Shown here one piece after another: positions 24,136 to 33,300 of a DNA stretch of 36,328 bases (position 1 is its first letter; each line of letters starts with the position of its first letter). This DNA comes from Candidatus Saccharimonadota bacterium (GTDB taxonomy: Bacteria > Patescibacteriota > Saccharimonadia > Saccharimonadales > SLHW01), in assembly GCA_007135955.1 (NCBI GenBank), contig SLHW01000025.1, positions 1 to 36,328 of the forward strand, written 5' to 3'. The notes below the pieces were generated by a model. That model was not told the origin of the DNA. It searched no databases and was given only the letters and a program-made list of their open reading frames with translations. The position numbers and the translations under genes are program-made.

Positions 24136-24786
24136 CTAAAGCAACGTCGACCAATAGAACCAGAATTGCACTACTATCATATAGATGACCGTGATAAACC
24201 AGAGCGCAGCAATAGTGAATGCGTGCTTAGCGATAAATGAAATTGTTATTTGAAGAGCACTGAACTTAAATTTAAGCACATTATGCCGTACGAGATATGC
24301 TGATACCACAAAGAAGAGCGGTGCAACCGCTAACCAGATTACTATACACCACGGACAAAGGGTGTTTAATATAAATAAGCTCTGATACACCAAGTACTGC
24401 ACAGACAAGAAACCGAAAAGCGAACCAATTAGCAACAACCGCCAAAACCACTGTGCAAGCTTAGTGGTAGCGAGCAATACGACGCCAACTGATATCAACA
24501 CACTGAACGTCGCTATTCCCAGAAATGAATGCGGTACACCAAACAGGCTTGCTTGAGCGCTCTCCATAATTGAACCGCAGTTCAAGATAGGGTTAATATC
24601 ACAAAGTGCAACTCTGTCTGGATCTACTAGACTTGCTAAGCGCTCCAGAGATAGAGCAAATGAAGCAATAAACCCAACAGCGCCCGAAATGATAAGATAA
24701 ATGCCTAAGCCACGCTGTCCAGCGTACCACTTTTTCTCTGATGGTTGTTTTCTAGAGTTAGATTTACTTATTTTTGATAGTTGCAT
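24136..24786 (-). CDS. Vitamin K epoxide reductase (VKOR) family protein, a DsbB analogue
   Basis: 216 aa. The loop Cys pair is CDINPILNCGSIMESAQASLFGVPHSFLG and the TM CxxC is LCPWCIV. There are five predicted TM helices and no fused Trx domain. Confidence 0.85.
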   Translation of the reverse strand: MQLSKISKSNSRKQPSEKKWYAGQRGLGIYLIISGAVGFIASFALSLERLASLVDPDRVALCDINPILNCGSIMESAQASLFGVPHSFLGIATFSVLISVGVVLLATTKLAQWFWRLLLIGSLFGFLSVQYLVYQSLFILNTLCPWCIVIWLAVAPLFFVVSAYLVRHNVLKFKFSALQITISFIAKHAFTIAALWFITVIYMIVVQFWFYWSTLL

Positions 24787-24804
24787 GCAAGCAATAGTAT
24801 ACCA

Positions 24805-25680
24805 CTACTTCTTAGAGTAGTCAGAATATACTATCGATGTAGGCGTCAAGCGAAAAACAATATAATGACCGTCTTTTAACGTTGTGATGGGAGGGGACTT
24901 GCGACCCTCTCTGTAGTCTTTCTCTTTGACGACAAACTGAAATACTTTCTCTTGTACGCTGGGGTCGGTTTCGACTTTTGAACGCGCCTCGATTTGCGCC
25001 GTTTTTAGTGAGCCAGTTTCATAAATCGTAAGTGAAACCCTACTGTTTTGCATAATGTTTCGAGATTTCTTGCTAGCAGATTTAGCTAAAAAATAAAGTT
25101 GTCCATCTTCACCTAAATAATAGTGCACAACAGCACCATTTGGCTGGCCTTCGGAATCTGTCGACGACAGAATTGCAACATCATGTTGAGCAATATAGTC
25201 ATAAGCAGCCTGATTTGGGACGTCGCGTAAGTATGCTTCATTTTCAAACTCATGATAAAACCGTCCGCTTCGCTGATCATACTGGCCACCGCTCAGCCGA
25301 CGGGCTTCAATGTAGTCGGCAAATTTTTCGGCTGCCTTATGACCGACATACTTAAGTGAGTATTCTAAACCCCTTGTCTGAAGCGTAACAGATGCAAATG
25401 GGCCGACGGCGTTTAGCTGTACCCCAGAAACTATATCGTATGTAAGGATATCTTTGGTAGTAAAGAATGGCTTCTTATCAAGATAAATTACTCTTTTTTC
25501 GGTAGCAATTATCATACACCAGCCTGAGGAACCAAACCCATAAATCGCACCGCCAATATGTTCGTCCTTGTGAATGATATTTGGCAAATGACGACCCTCG
25601 GATCGAATAATACTGAACCAATTTAGTCCAGCCCTTTGTAGTTCTGCTGCTATACGGTCCCGGTGCTGCTTTGAAGCCAT
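24805..25680 (-). CDS. PH-like domain fused to a pyridoxamine 5'-phosphate oxidase-like FMN-binding split-barrel domain
   Basis: 291 aa. The N-terminal half contains EHIGGAIYGFGSSGWCMIIATEKRVIYLDKK, resembling a YokE-like bacterial PH domain. The C-terminal half contains AILSSTDSEGQPNGAVVHYYLGEDGQLYFLAKSASKKSRNI, resembling the PNPOx family. Confidence 0.65.
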   Translation of the reverse strand: MASKQHRDRIAAELQRAGLNWFSIIRSEGRHLPNIIHKDEHIGGAIYGFGSSGWCMIIATEKRVIYLDKKPFFTTKDILTYDIVSGVQLNAVGPFASVTLQTRGLEYSLKYVGHKAAEKFADYIEARRLSGGQYDQRSGRFYHEFENEAYLRDVPNQAAYDYIAQHDVAILSSTDSEGQPNGAVVHYYLGEDGQLYFLAKSASKKSRNIMQNSRVSLTIYETGSLKTAQIEARSKVETDPSVQEKVFQFVVKEKDYREGRKSPPITTLKDGHYIVFRLTPTSIVYSDYSKK

Positions 25681-25753
25681 ATTCGTCCCTCTTTTTACTA
25701 GTATAGTCGCTCAAGCCCTGAAACGCCAGATTCCTATTCCGGCTGCTATAAAA

Positions 25754-27148
25754 TTAGCTTTTGATTAATAAACGAGTTAACGAGTAAGAGCCAAAAAGTA
25801 CCGATACTCCAATGACTATTGGTAAAATATTCCATGAGCTCAAGCGCAAAGGCACATCTTCAACCACTTGCACCGAGAAATACCGAGTAACATTGCAGCC
25901 AAACCCATCAACAATCGTAGCGACACCGTTATAGATACCTGGGCTACTGTAACGATACCGAAATACTTGATTTGTCATCTGAGATGTCTCTAGAGTAAAC
26001 TGCTCAGACTCACCATCACCCCAGTTAATATGAACTGTCAGAGGAGGGCTCCCAGTTGCCTCACGAAGCCTTAATGCAACGTCATCATCGACAGCTACAC
26101 CCCAAAAGCGATAGGCCTCAAATGATGCATCGATAGAACATACCCCACGAATAGTACTAAATGTCAGGATTATTATGTTTGAGGGCTCACTGCAGACCTC
26201 TGCGATGCAAGCAACCACATACAGCTCATGACTATCACGTGTTGGACTAAGCAGCAATCGCCACGACCCATCAGCATCAGTAAAAATTGAACTAACAACC
26301 AAGCCATCTTGATAGAGCAGCAATTGACTATTGGGGGTTGCTATTCCAGTCAGTTCAACAGTTGAAGTCGTGATAGTCGCTCCGTCAGCTGGAGCTGTTA
26401 TTTGCGGTGGTGCTACAAAGTTAACGGTTGCCTGAGCTGCTTGATCAATATCCGGTACAGCAACAGGGGGTGCGATAAATTGTGTTATTGCAAACGAACC
26501 CTGATCAGATAGCTCACTAGTTTGATTGTTCTTGCTTGAAGATACGTCAAACTTAAACACGCCAACCCCAAAATCAGTAGCCGCTGCCCGAATAGTATAT
26601 TCCCCTATGTTATTTGCCGTAGCCTGTAATTGCCTGCCACCAACAACTTGAACAGTAACAATAGCACCGGGAACAGTAGAACCACTAAAAACAAAACTCT
26701 GATTAGAGACAATCGCTCTTTGAGGCGCTACTCTGACTGTTGGCGACAAAAATACCTCCAGTGCTGTTTGTTGCTGTGGTTGAAATGCTAGATTTATCGT
26801 TTTTCGCGAAGAGCTACGATTAGCTTTATCAGTATACAAAATACTAATATTGCTCGTGCCAGTGGGGATAGGCTGAATTGTTTTTGAAAATTCTCCATTT
26901 TTATTAGCCGTTGTCGAACCAATCTCTACATTATTTCGAAAAATAGTCACATGGGCGTCTGGTGCTGCTTTGCCAGATGCCAACAATGATGTTTGTGGCA
27001 CGGTTAATTGAATGGGTTGTGATGATTGAGCAGCTGCATTATTCATAGCAAAGACGGGAAATAAAAGAGCACTAACCCCTGTGACTACACTGCCAAAAAA
27101 TAGTTTGGTAATTTTGTGGTCAAAGAATGATTGTCGGCGCCACCACAC
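25754..27148 (-). CDS. Surface protein with a signal peptide, three Ig-like repeats, a PKD-like domain and a C-terminal TM anchor
   Basis: 464 aa with a GTG start 6 nt after the upstream stop. Repeated G.A.P.A.V.I....G..TA...G.F-type Ig-like units are present. The PKD-like part is VHINWGDGESEQF...YRYSSPGIYNGVATIVDGFGC. The terminal hydrophobic helix is followed by RLLIKS. Confidence 0.7.
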   Translation of the reverse strand: MWWRRQSFFDHKITKLFFGSVVTGVSALLFPVFAMNNAAAQSSQPIQLTVPQTSLLASGKAAPDAHVTIFRNNVEIGSTTANKNGEFSKTIQPIPTGTSNISILYTDKANRSSSRKTINLAFQPQQQTALEVFLSPTVRVAPQRAIVSNQSFVFSGSTVPGAIVTVQVVGGRQLQATANNIGEYTIRAAATDFGVGVFKFDVSSSKNNQTSELSDQGSFAITQFIAPPVAVPDIDQAAQATVNFVAPPQITAPADGATITTSTVELTGIATPNSQLLLYQDGLVVSSIFTDADGSWRLLLSPTRDSHELYVVACIAEVCSEPSNIIILTFSTIRGVCSIDASFEAYRFWGVAVDDDVALRLREATGSPPLTVHINWGDGESEQFTLETSQMTNQVFRYRYSSPGIYNGVATIVDGFGCNVTRYFSVQVVEDVPLRLSSWNILPIVIGVSVLFGSYSLTRLLIKS

Positions 27149-27154
27149 CAGCGT

Positions 27155-28144
27155 CTACTCGCCAGTCGACTTACCACTGAGCACTCGAAGTGCCAGCGTG
27201 ATTCGCTCTCGAAATCGCCACCCCATGAAGCCGATGAATACTACAGCTGCAGCAATCGGTGCGATGGTCTGATACGGGAACACAGTGAACGAAGTTTCGC
27301 TGGTAAGAATCTGATTGTCTTCACCATAAATTACCGTTAAGCTTGCGCTGTAACGGCCAAATCGAAAGCCTGGCTCATTCCAGTCGGTTATAACTCTTCG
27401 TACTGCATCAGGGATTACATTTCGCTGATCGATTTCTATTCGCTCAACTGTATTTCCGAATATATTCTTTATTTCGATTTGACCAGAAGGTCGAAAATGT
27501 ACGTTGCCAGTGTTTAAAACTCTCGTTTCAAATTGGATAGGATCTTGATTACTCCATATATTTTTGAGTGAACGAAAGGATGCTATTTCTGCTGACTCAT
27601 CAACATCACCTGCAATCTTTACTAAAATGACCGGAGCTATTTCTTGAGAAACCAGCGCCACGTCGCCTGCCTGCTCTGGTGGAATCGTCCGAAAAACCAA
27701 TGAACCAAAATGACCACCCGGCTCGGCATTATCCGGAACAGTTATATTCATTTTAAAATCAGCTGTTTGACGGGAGGCAATTGTGGTCTGCTCAGGATCA
27801 ACTGTAATCCATTGCGATAATGAAAAAGCTGTCGTTTCTTCTGTTAGCTCAACTGCCCCATCCTCACCTTGTGGGAGGAAATTTCTTGCGACAACTTCTA
27901 TTTCAATACTATCTGCACTCCCATTAGTTAGACGAAACGTGCTATCAATACTATCGCCAGGGTTTGCTGAGAGTTCTAGTAGTTGTGGTGAGATAGCGAG
28001 ACTAATCGCGTCTTCATCAATCTGTTGCGCTCCGGCAGTAAAAGATCTATACACAGATAGCCCTAATGCAAACACAAGGCAAAGTAGTGCAACAATTACT
28101 GCAGCGTTAAACTTATCTGTAAGTAATAAATAATTTCGTTCCAT
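27155..28144 (-). CDS. DUF916/DUF3324-like (WxL-interacting-protein-like) two-beta-sandwich protein with C-terminal TM anchor, paralogue 2
   Basis: Track ORF 27155..28150 starts at GTG; an ATG is at 28144. Motifs are ISPQLLELSANPGDSIDSTFRLTNGS, SQWITVDP and NITVPDNAEPGGHFGSLVF. A second sandwich contains VLNTGNVHF. The TM helix is followed by basic residues. Confidence 0.65.
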   Translation of the reverse strand: MERNYLLLTDKFNAAVIVALLCLVFALGLSVYRSFTAGAQQIDEDAISLAISPQLLELSANPGDSIDSTFRLTNGSADSIEIEVVARNFLPQGEDGAVELTEETTAFSLSQWITVDPEQTTIASRQTADFKMNITVPDNAEPGGHFGSLVFRTIPPEQAGDVALVSQEIAPVILVKIAGDVDESAEIASFRSLKNIWSNQDPIQFETRVLNTGNVHFRPSGQIEIKNIFGNTVERIEIDQRNVIPDAVRRVITDWNEPGFRFGRYSASLTVIYGEDNQILTSETSFTVFPYQTIAPIAAAVVFIGFMGWRFRERITLALRVLSGKSTGE

Positions 28145-28287
28145 GCGCACGTGTTTTAAATAGTCTCAGGGCTTTCTCTATAAGTATCTACTAAACATTG
28201 TACGGTATCATTCACCAGATTGCCACAACATGACAACTCAAACTCTTTTATTCCTGGGAAAACCCCGAGCTGACTATTAATCAGTAT

Positions 28288-29325
28288 TTAGTATGTAGAA
28301 ACTACAGTGTAAACAACAGTTGTCTGATAGGTACCAGCTGGAGTTTCAGCATCAATGCCGACTTGATGGCCAACGAAAAAATTATCGGTGCCGACAGTAG
28401 CACTAGTATTTTCAGAAACTAACTCATTCAAGGTTGTGAAGCCAGCCCATAAATTAGGGGTGAACCGCCCTAAATCATCAGTAGTATACCCCCAAGCCTC
28501 TGTGCCAAAACCAGGAAAGGCTACTGGGTCTGCATTAGTGCCTACATGGTTAGCGATACTGTCGCTACCATTAGATAAGGGCCCGGTGTGACGAATATAA
28601 ATAACATAGCCCCCAGTAGCATTAGTGGATACCTCGAGCTCATGAGCAGCAACACCATTTTGAGTAGCCGTTACGCTGTTGCCAAAATCAATACCAGAAC
28701 ACGTAGAGGCAACACTAGTAGTCGCTCCATTTACAGACTCACTTGCTCCAACTGGCAAACAATTAAATGTCAGTGTCGGTTCAATCGATAGCTCTACTAA
28801 TGTACCGTCTGTGTATGCAAAGGCAACGGTTACTGAGTCAATTTGTGTTGTGCAACCAGCATCACTATAGGTTGTGACTATTGCATAGTAGGTATCTGTA
28901 GTGTTGCCATTTTGAATTCCGCTAAATACCAATTCACCACTTGTAGCTGGTGCTTCTCCTCCTGAGTTTTCTATACGCAATAATCCACTCGTGCTCGAAT
29001 CTTCACTCCAGTTAGCAACTGTTATGACGCTAGAGCTGTCCAGTGTGAACGAAGATGTATTTATGCCAGCCGGTGCACTCCCGCTACCATCTGCCTGACT
29101 ATTAAGACGAACGTCAATGCATCGAAGTGTTGTAGCAGTCGTAAAGTTACTTGCACTAAATGTATAGTCAGCTGTTTGACTTGGCCGCGGATCAGATAAT
29201 TCTAACGATGCATCCGATAGTGTTGCAGCTGAAGCAAATGGCACTATAGCTAGTGACATGATTAATAATAAGCTAGCGAACGCAATAACACTAAAACGTG
29301 TCATGCTGTATAGTTTTTTACTCAT
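28288..29325 (-). CDS. Small secreted subunit with a C-terminal WxL-like (W-less) domain shared with the giant protein
   Basis: 345 aa with an AAGGAAA RBS and the signal peptide ...VPFASA/ATLSD. The C-terminal 170 aa (LSIEPTLTF...STNATGGYVIYIR...EAWGYTTDD...PAGTYQTTVVYTVVSTY) aligns with the C-terminus of the 1269-aa protein. Confidence 0.65.
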   Translation of the reverse strand: MSKKLYSMTRFSVIAFASLLLIMSLAIVPFASAATLSDASLELSDPRPSQTADYTFSASNFTTATTLRCIDVRLNSQADGSGSAPAGINTSSFTLDSSSVITVANWSEDSSTSGLLRIENSGGEAPATSGELVFSGIQNGNTTDTYYAIVTTYSDAGCTTQIDSVTVAFAYTDGTLVELSIEPTLTFNCLPVGASESVNGATTSVASTCSGIDFGNSVTATQNGVAAHELEVSTNATGGYVIYIRHTGPLSNGSDSIANHVGTNADPVAFPGFGTEAWGYTTDDLGRFTPNLWAGFTTLNELVSENTSATVGTDNFFVGHQVGIDAETPAGTYQTTVVYTVVSTY

Positions 29326-29373
29326 AAGTGTTTCCTTTTTCTTTTTTATACATTACATGCTATTCAAGCTTAT

Positions 29374-29400
29374 GTTATAACACAGCGGATACTGATGCAA
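29374..29400 (-). promoter_or_regulatory. Internal promoter in front of the 345-aa subunit gene
   Basis: The - strand reads TTGCAT (29395-29400), 15 nt, TATAAC (29374-29379). A TG lies one base upstream of the -10, giving an extended -10 (TGtTATAAC). Confidence 0.45.
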
Positions 29401-29407
29401 GTCAGTT

Positions 29408-30343
29408 TTAATAGGTCTGCCTTCCGGTGATCAAGGCTTTTAGCGATGGGACAATATTTTTGCGGTACACATAGAGCCTCCAACTAATGACCGACGCAAT
29501 AAAACCTAGCAAAATCAAAGATGGCTGTGGCATCGCCCAAACCGCATACGTAAGTGCAGCAACACGATCACCTCCAATATACAAATCAGTACGAACACTA
29601 TGGCGACCACTGCGCTCCACTACATCAAATAGCTCACTGACTTCTATTATTTCTCCGGGCAGAAGCAAGACTGAAGATATCGAACGATTTTCAAGCTCCT
29701 CATCACCTCGAAAAACAGCTATTTCTGGACGAACTAATACGTGCCGATTACCAGTGTTTTCTATAGTAAAGTCACTTCGAACTGGCGTTTTTTTCGACTG
29801 AATAACTCGTTGGGTGTGTTTACCGCGATCAACTCGAAGTTCGGTTAGTATTTCGCCAGCAACTGTTGTCAATATTGGAATACTTATTTCTGGAAGAGCT
29901 TTTACAACTGAAGGCTGAGTCGTTGGCAGAACTGGCTGAGCATATAATTGTGCGTAATGCCCCCCAGGCTCAGCACTTTCTGGTGGCGTAATTGTCAAAG
30001 ATATCGAACGTGTTTCGTCAGGAGCTAGGACTATATAACTATCAGAAATAGTAATCCAATTACTGATATTAAACCGTGCATCGGCTCGCTGCCGCAGTGT
30101 CGCGTTTCTTAGGGCAATGCTTTCTGCGCGTAATATATATGGCGCGGGACTGTTGCCTTCATTGGTAAATAAAATAGTTTTTTCTTGAGTTTTACCAGGC
30201 TTAAAAGCAAACTCAACTACTGCCGGAGAAACCCGTATCGCGGTATCGTCACTAGCCTGCTCGGCACCTACTAAACCACCGGAGAACAATTGCAATATGG
30301 CAACTGCAGATCCTGTAAAAAAAACTCCTAAGAAAAAGCGCAT
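29408..30343 (-). CDS. DUF916/DUF3324-like two-beta-sandwich protein with C-terminal TM anchor, paralogue 1
   Basis: 311 aa with a signal peptide. Motifs are VSPAVVEFAFKPGKTQEKTILFTNEGNS, SNWITISD and LTITPPESAEPGGHYAQLY. A second sandwich contains IENTGNRHV. The TM helix is followed by YVYRKN. Confidence 0.65.
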   Translation of the reverse strand: MRFFLGVFFTGSAVAILQLFSGGLVGAEQASDDTAIRVSPAVVEFAFKPGKTQEKTILFTNEGNSPAPYILRAESIALRNATLRQRADARFNISNWITISDSYIVLAPDETRSISLTITPPESAEPGGHYAQLYAQPVLPTTQPSVVKALPEISIPILTTVAGEILTELRVDRGKHTQRVIQSKKTPVRSDFTIENTGNRHVLVRPEIAVFRGDEELENRSISSVLLLPGEIIEVSELFDVVERSGRHSVRTDLYIGGDRVAALTYAVWAMPQPSLILLGFIASVISWRLYVYRKNIVPSLKALITGRQTY

Positions 30344-30352
30344 ACCTATCTA

Positions 30353-33300
30353 TCAGTATAGCGCGGTCGCACTAAAAATAATGGTTGTTTGATAATCCCC
30401 AGCAGATTGGCCTTCAGGTGCAGTTACGCGGCCAGTGATGATAAACGATTCACCAACAACCGGAGTACCAATTATCGGCCCCTGATTATCGGCTACAATG
30501 TCTCCTGGAAAATCTAGAGTGAACGGTGCGAAGCATGGTGGCTCACCACCACCAGGGCACGGGTCGCCGGAAAATCTATTTTCTCCCTGAACATTTGTAT
30601 CATTAGAAGTATAGCCAAAGCCAACATACGCTGCTATCCAGGCTGCAGGTTCAAGGTATGATCCCCCGTTAAACATCGGTATCGCATCAACTGGACTAGT
30701 AAGTAGGCTGGTCGTCCGAGCTCGCACTACATAACCACTACGGGCGTTAGTAGAAGTCGTGACGGTGATATCCTGTGTGTCAGTGAAGTCATTGCTCGGT
30801 GACAAGCTATCGAAGGATACTTCTGATTGACTGACACTGAAACTAATACTTGGAGCAACTAGCTGACCCGAGCTACTTATAACCGACTGATTGCCAGCAT
30901 TGTCAGTTGTGCGAATATTAAAATAATATACTTCAGAAGTTTGTAAATTTAACCCACTTGCTGTAACTGATGTGTCAGTCCCGACGGTCACCCAATCAGC
31001 TATTGTTGTACCCCCTGGGCTTAGCCCAATGGAATAGTCATAGCTAGCCAGCCCGGACAAACCACTGTCAATATCCCAATTAGCTGACAGGCTATCGAGT
31101 GCATCATCACTATAAGTAATATCAATTCCGATTTGGTCACCGTCATACACCGTTCCACTCGGCTCAACGGTATCAACGATGAAATCATTATCGCTCGGAT
31201 CACCACTACCAAATACTACCCACTCAGAATACTCGCCAGCACTGTCCCTGATTCTAGCTTGCCAACGGTATTCCGCCGTATTTGCTAAACCGGATATTAC
31301 AACGTCGACCGTTATAGGTAAACCGGCGTAGCTGCCTGCATCACCGCAAGATAACTCTTGATTTGTGAATGGTTCCCCATTAGTTTGCACCTCAACACAA
31401 AGCTCAAGCTCATCTTCATCATCAGGGTCAGAGGCTTCCGCTCGAAAATGTACTTGCGTTTCATTAGTAAAGCCACCTGGCGATATCTCACTACCAAGCG
31501 CAACTCGAAATTGCCCTAAACCAGTCGGTTGGCTAGGCGGCGTGTTGGGAACTGGTTGCTTTGCAAAAATCACATTTCTATACGGGGGCAGATGCGACTC
31601 CTCAGAGACATTCGTAATATCTACTGGATGAGTATGAGTTGCCGAAGCGGCACCGCCATTATTTTGACGCGTGCCAGTCGTGGTGGTCGGTCCAGACGTC
31701 GTAACTTGATGATTAGCATGCGAATGAGAAGTTGACCCGCCCGTCAATCCATAAGTATCACTAGCTTTAATAAATCTTTCATGAAAGGGCTCACCAGATT
31801 CAGAAACTACATCCCAGCTCCCAGGTGGTGGACCATCCCACATCGTAATAATACCTGCCGGTGGACCACTAGCAATATCAAGCTCACCAAGCAATACCTC
31901 AATATACGGTGGCTCATGATTCTCTGCTGGAGAAGTCCCGCTCAAAGTATGCTGGTGATCATTTCCAGCACCAGCAGATGCAGGACCGCCACCGCCATCA
32001 GCTACGGTACTCCCAGTAGCTGTAGTGGTGGTGCCGATTACAGAATGACTGTGCGTGAGGCTACCACCAGTTGCACCAACATTATTTTGGCCACGAACAT
32101 ACTGGTTATCTTGTACAGAGTATCTTGTCCAGTCATCTGGGACTTCATTATCAAATATCGCGATTGCACCAGCGGGGAGCGAAGATGGTGTTCCGGAAGC
32201 TTCTGAGCGGATAAACCGTAGCTGTCTATAAGGCGGTAGATTACTCGCCTCATCTAATATTGGGACAATACCATGACCGTGGTCAGTGCTTGATAAGTCA
32301 CCGACCCCAGGATCACTGCCGACTTCTGCGATAGTTGGCAGCACCGTACCGGTCGCGGTATGGGAATGAGCTTCAGATCCACCAGTAGTACCGTAGCTAG
32401 CTGATCCACGGGCAAACCGTTCATAAAATGGCTCACCAGGGTTGCACGAAATACACGTCCAGCCTGCCGGTACAGTCGCGCCAGCAAACAGTACTACCAT
32501 ATTCCCAGCGCTATCAGATGTGGTGATTTCTGGAATTTCATTATAAGACTCAAACAACGAGCCATCGGCATACACAGCTCGGAAACAATACGACGTATCC
32601 GCTGGTGCATTAGCATCGCTCAATGCAAAATCCCACAACCCATAATCACCAATGTCTATTGCGGCCTGATTATTACTGTAATTATTGGCTTCAACGTATG
32701 ACTGATTTATTTTACTGCCACTTGCAAGCGTAGGATCATTTAGATTAGGGGTAAGCGGATCACCGTTTACCGGAGCAGAATTGTTATAGTAGCGGATTTC
32801 GCCACTGTTAGTCAGCACATCAACATACGATTCATTGCTAAAAGTTGGGTCACAGGTTTCGCCGACCCGCTGTGCGTATTGCAACTTTAGTGACTCTCCA
32901 GACTGCCCAAGGTTAACCACAGTAACGACAATAGCTAGCCGCAAGCGAAATGGTAAGCCAATTGATGTAGCTGGAGTATCCTGACTCGCAAGCGCCAAGC
33001 CAACATCTGTACTGTTGCGATTTCTAAACCAACGATAGCTTGCTTGTGATAAGTCACTAGGTTCTTGTTTTTTAGCGATAATAACGTCAACGTATGGCGG
33101 TACATGATTTTGTTCAGAAAAATTTGTCACATCAATAGTGTGCGTATGGATACCGCTTGCACCAGCGCTACCAGCTCGAGCGCCGGTAGTCGTTGTCGGC
33201 GTCGAAGTGATAATCGATACGTTGCTGTGCTGATGAGTCGCTGAACCACCATTTGCGCCAAAGCTACTGCTTGGCTTAATAAATCGTTCGTAATATGGTC

